Below are positions 63,160 to 64,000 of a stretch of 64,000 nt of DNA, in pieces. Made by a program: the position numbers and the translations under genes. Every line of letters starts with the position of its first letter. Position 1 is the stretch's first letter. Location: the IMG/VR virus record IMGVR_UViG_3300032315_001715, positions 124,001 through 188,000 of that record, one strand, 5' to 3'. The notes under the pieces are model-generated. The model had not been told where the DNA came from and ran no database searches. It saw only the letters and a list, made by a program, of their open reading frames with translations.

Positions 63160-64000
63160 ATGGCGGACCGCACACAGCAAGATCTCATCATTTCAGCATA
63201 TACCAACTATGATTGGTCAAAACTAAAGTATTGGGCAAACAGCATCGATCGATGCGGGTTTACCGGGGATAAGGTCATGATCGTTTATAACAGCGATCCG
63301 GCAACAGTGCAAAAATTAGTTGATCTTGGATTTAAGATCTGGGCCTTTAATCGAGATTCAACTACCGGTAATTTTTTCTGGCCAACCGAACTAATCATAG
63401 TGGTGCAGAGATTTTACCATATGTGGTATTATCTAAATCAGCTTCCAGACGACCATTATCGATATGTCATTACCACCGATGCCAAGGATGTAGTATTCCA
63501 AACCAATCCGGTAAAATGGCTGGAAAACAATCTAGGCAACAAGGACATCGTGGCTAGCTGCGAAAGCATTCGCTACATGCACGAACCATGGGGCGATGAC
63601 AACCTAAATGGTAGCTATCCCATGGTACACCAACAGATGAGAAAAAATCCAATCTGGAATTGCGGAGTACAAGCAGGCCGACAGCGTGCTATCAAGGAGC
63701 TATGGCTACATATATGGTTAATGTGCAAGGCTGGCGGTAGGCCAAATCCTGACCAAGCCGCATATAACGTTCTTCTGGATACCAAAGCATGGAGCGAAAT
63801 AACCAAGTTCTCGATGAGCGAGGATGGGTGGGCTTGCCAGGCAGGTACCACCGTTGATCCAAAAAAGATCAATGATTATCGGTCACATCTGCTGGAAGCA
63901 GAACCAGTTTGGCACGACGGGCTTGCCAAGACCAGCCAGAATCATACACATTCCATCCTGCATCAGTGGGATCGCATACCAACATGGCTTCCGGATATTG
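63160..64000 (+). CDS. Partial glycosyltransferase-like (GT-A) protein, truncated by the window end and missed by the ORF track
   Basis: Hand translation MADRTQQDLIISAYTNY...VITTDAKDVVFQTNP...NCGV.AG...PDQAAYN...ILHQWDR; open to the window end. Confidence 0.65.
   Translation, partial: MADRTQQDLIISAYTNYDWSKLKYWANSIDRCGFTGDKVMIVYNSDPATVQKLVDLGFKIWAFNRDSTTGNFFWPTELIIVVQRFYHMWYYLNQLPDDHYRYVITTDAKDVVFQTNPVKWLENNLGNKDIVASCESIRYMHEPWGDDNLNGSYPMVHQQMRKNPIWNCGVQAGRQRAIKELWLHIWLMCKAGGRPNPDQAAYNVLLDTKAWSEITKFSMSEDGWACQAGTTVDPKKINDYRSHLLEAEPVWHDGLAKTSQNHTHSILHQWDRIPTWLPDI

Noticed and set aside
1-64000. Stop-codon reassignment, as in some jumbo phages
   Set aside because: Core genes are full length in code 11 and stops fall at the expected C-termini.
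1-64000. tRNA genes expected near CCA enzymes
   Set aside because: Intergenic gaps are short and I saw no cloverleaf or T-loop consensus. A tRNAscan-SE run would be the proper test.

Overview
This is a 64-kb segment of a T4-like jumbo myophage genome in the standard genetic code. The gene set resembles my recollection of the Rak2/GAP32/Atu_ph07/XacN1-type jumbo phages, which I have not verified by search. It carries a T4-type replication and recombination core: gp41 helicase, gp61 primase, gp32 SSB, UvsX, UvsY, UvsW with a class 3 intein and homing endonuclease, a gp62-like protein and a dNMP kinase. Morphogenesis genes include terminase, gp4, tail tube, a very large tail sheath, neck gp13/gp14, gp15, fibre and repeat proteins and a GH19 endolysin. 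About 20 T4-late-type TAAATA promoter motifs are visible. The most unusual element is an ~8.8-kb enzyme island between the tail tube and tail sheath genes. It holds three 2OG-Fe(II)/AspH-like oxygenases, two GNAT-like proteins, two glutaminase-less PP-loop (asparagine-synthetase-like) ligases, a membrane desaturase, a Rieske oxygenase and a methyltransferase-like protein, and looks like an uncharacterised phage biosynthetic or tailoring pathway. Other notable items are a second CCA-type nucleotidyltransferase with a degenerate templating motif, a 203-aa mini family-C polymerase, a family of proteins with capsid-targeting-like N-termini, a probable AUU start codon and a structured gene 32 leader. 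No tRNA, rRNA or CRISPR array was seen by eye. All protein calls come from motif recognition, not database searches.
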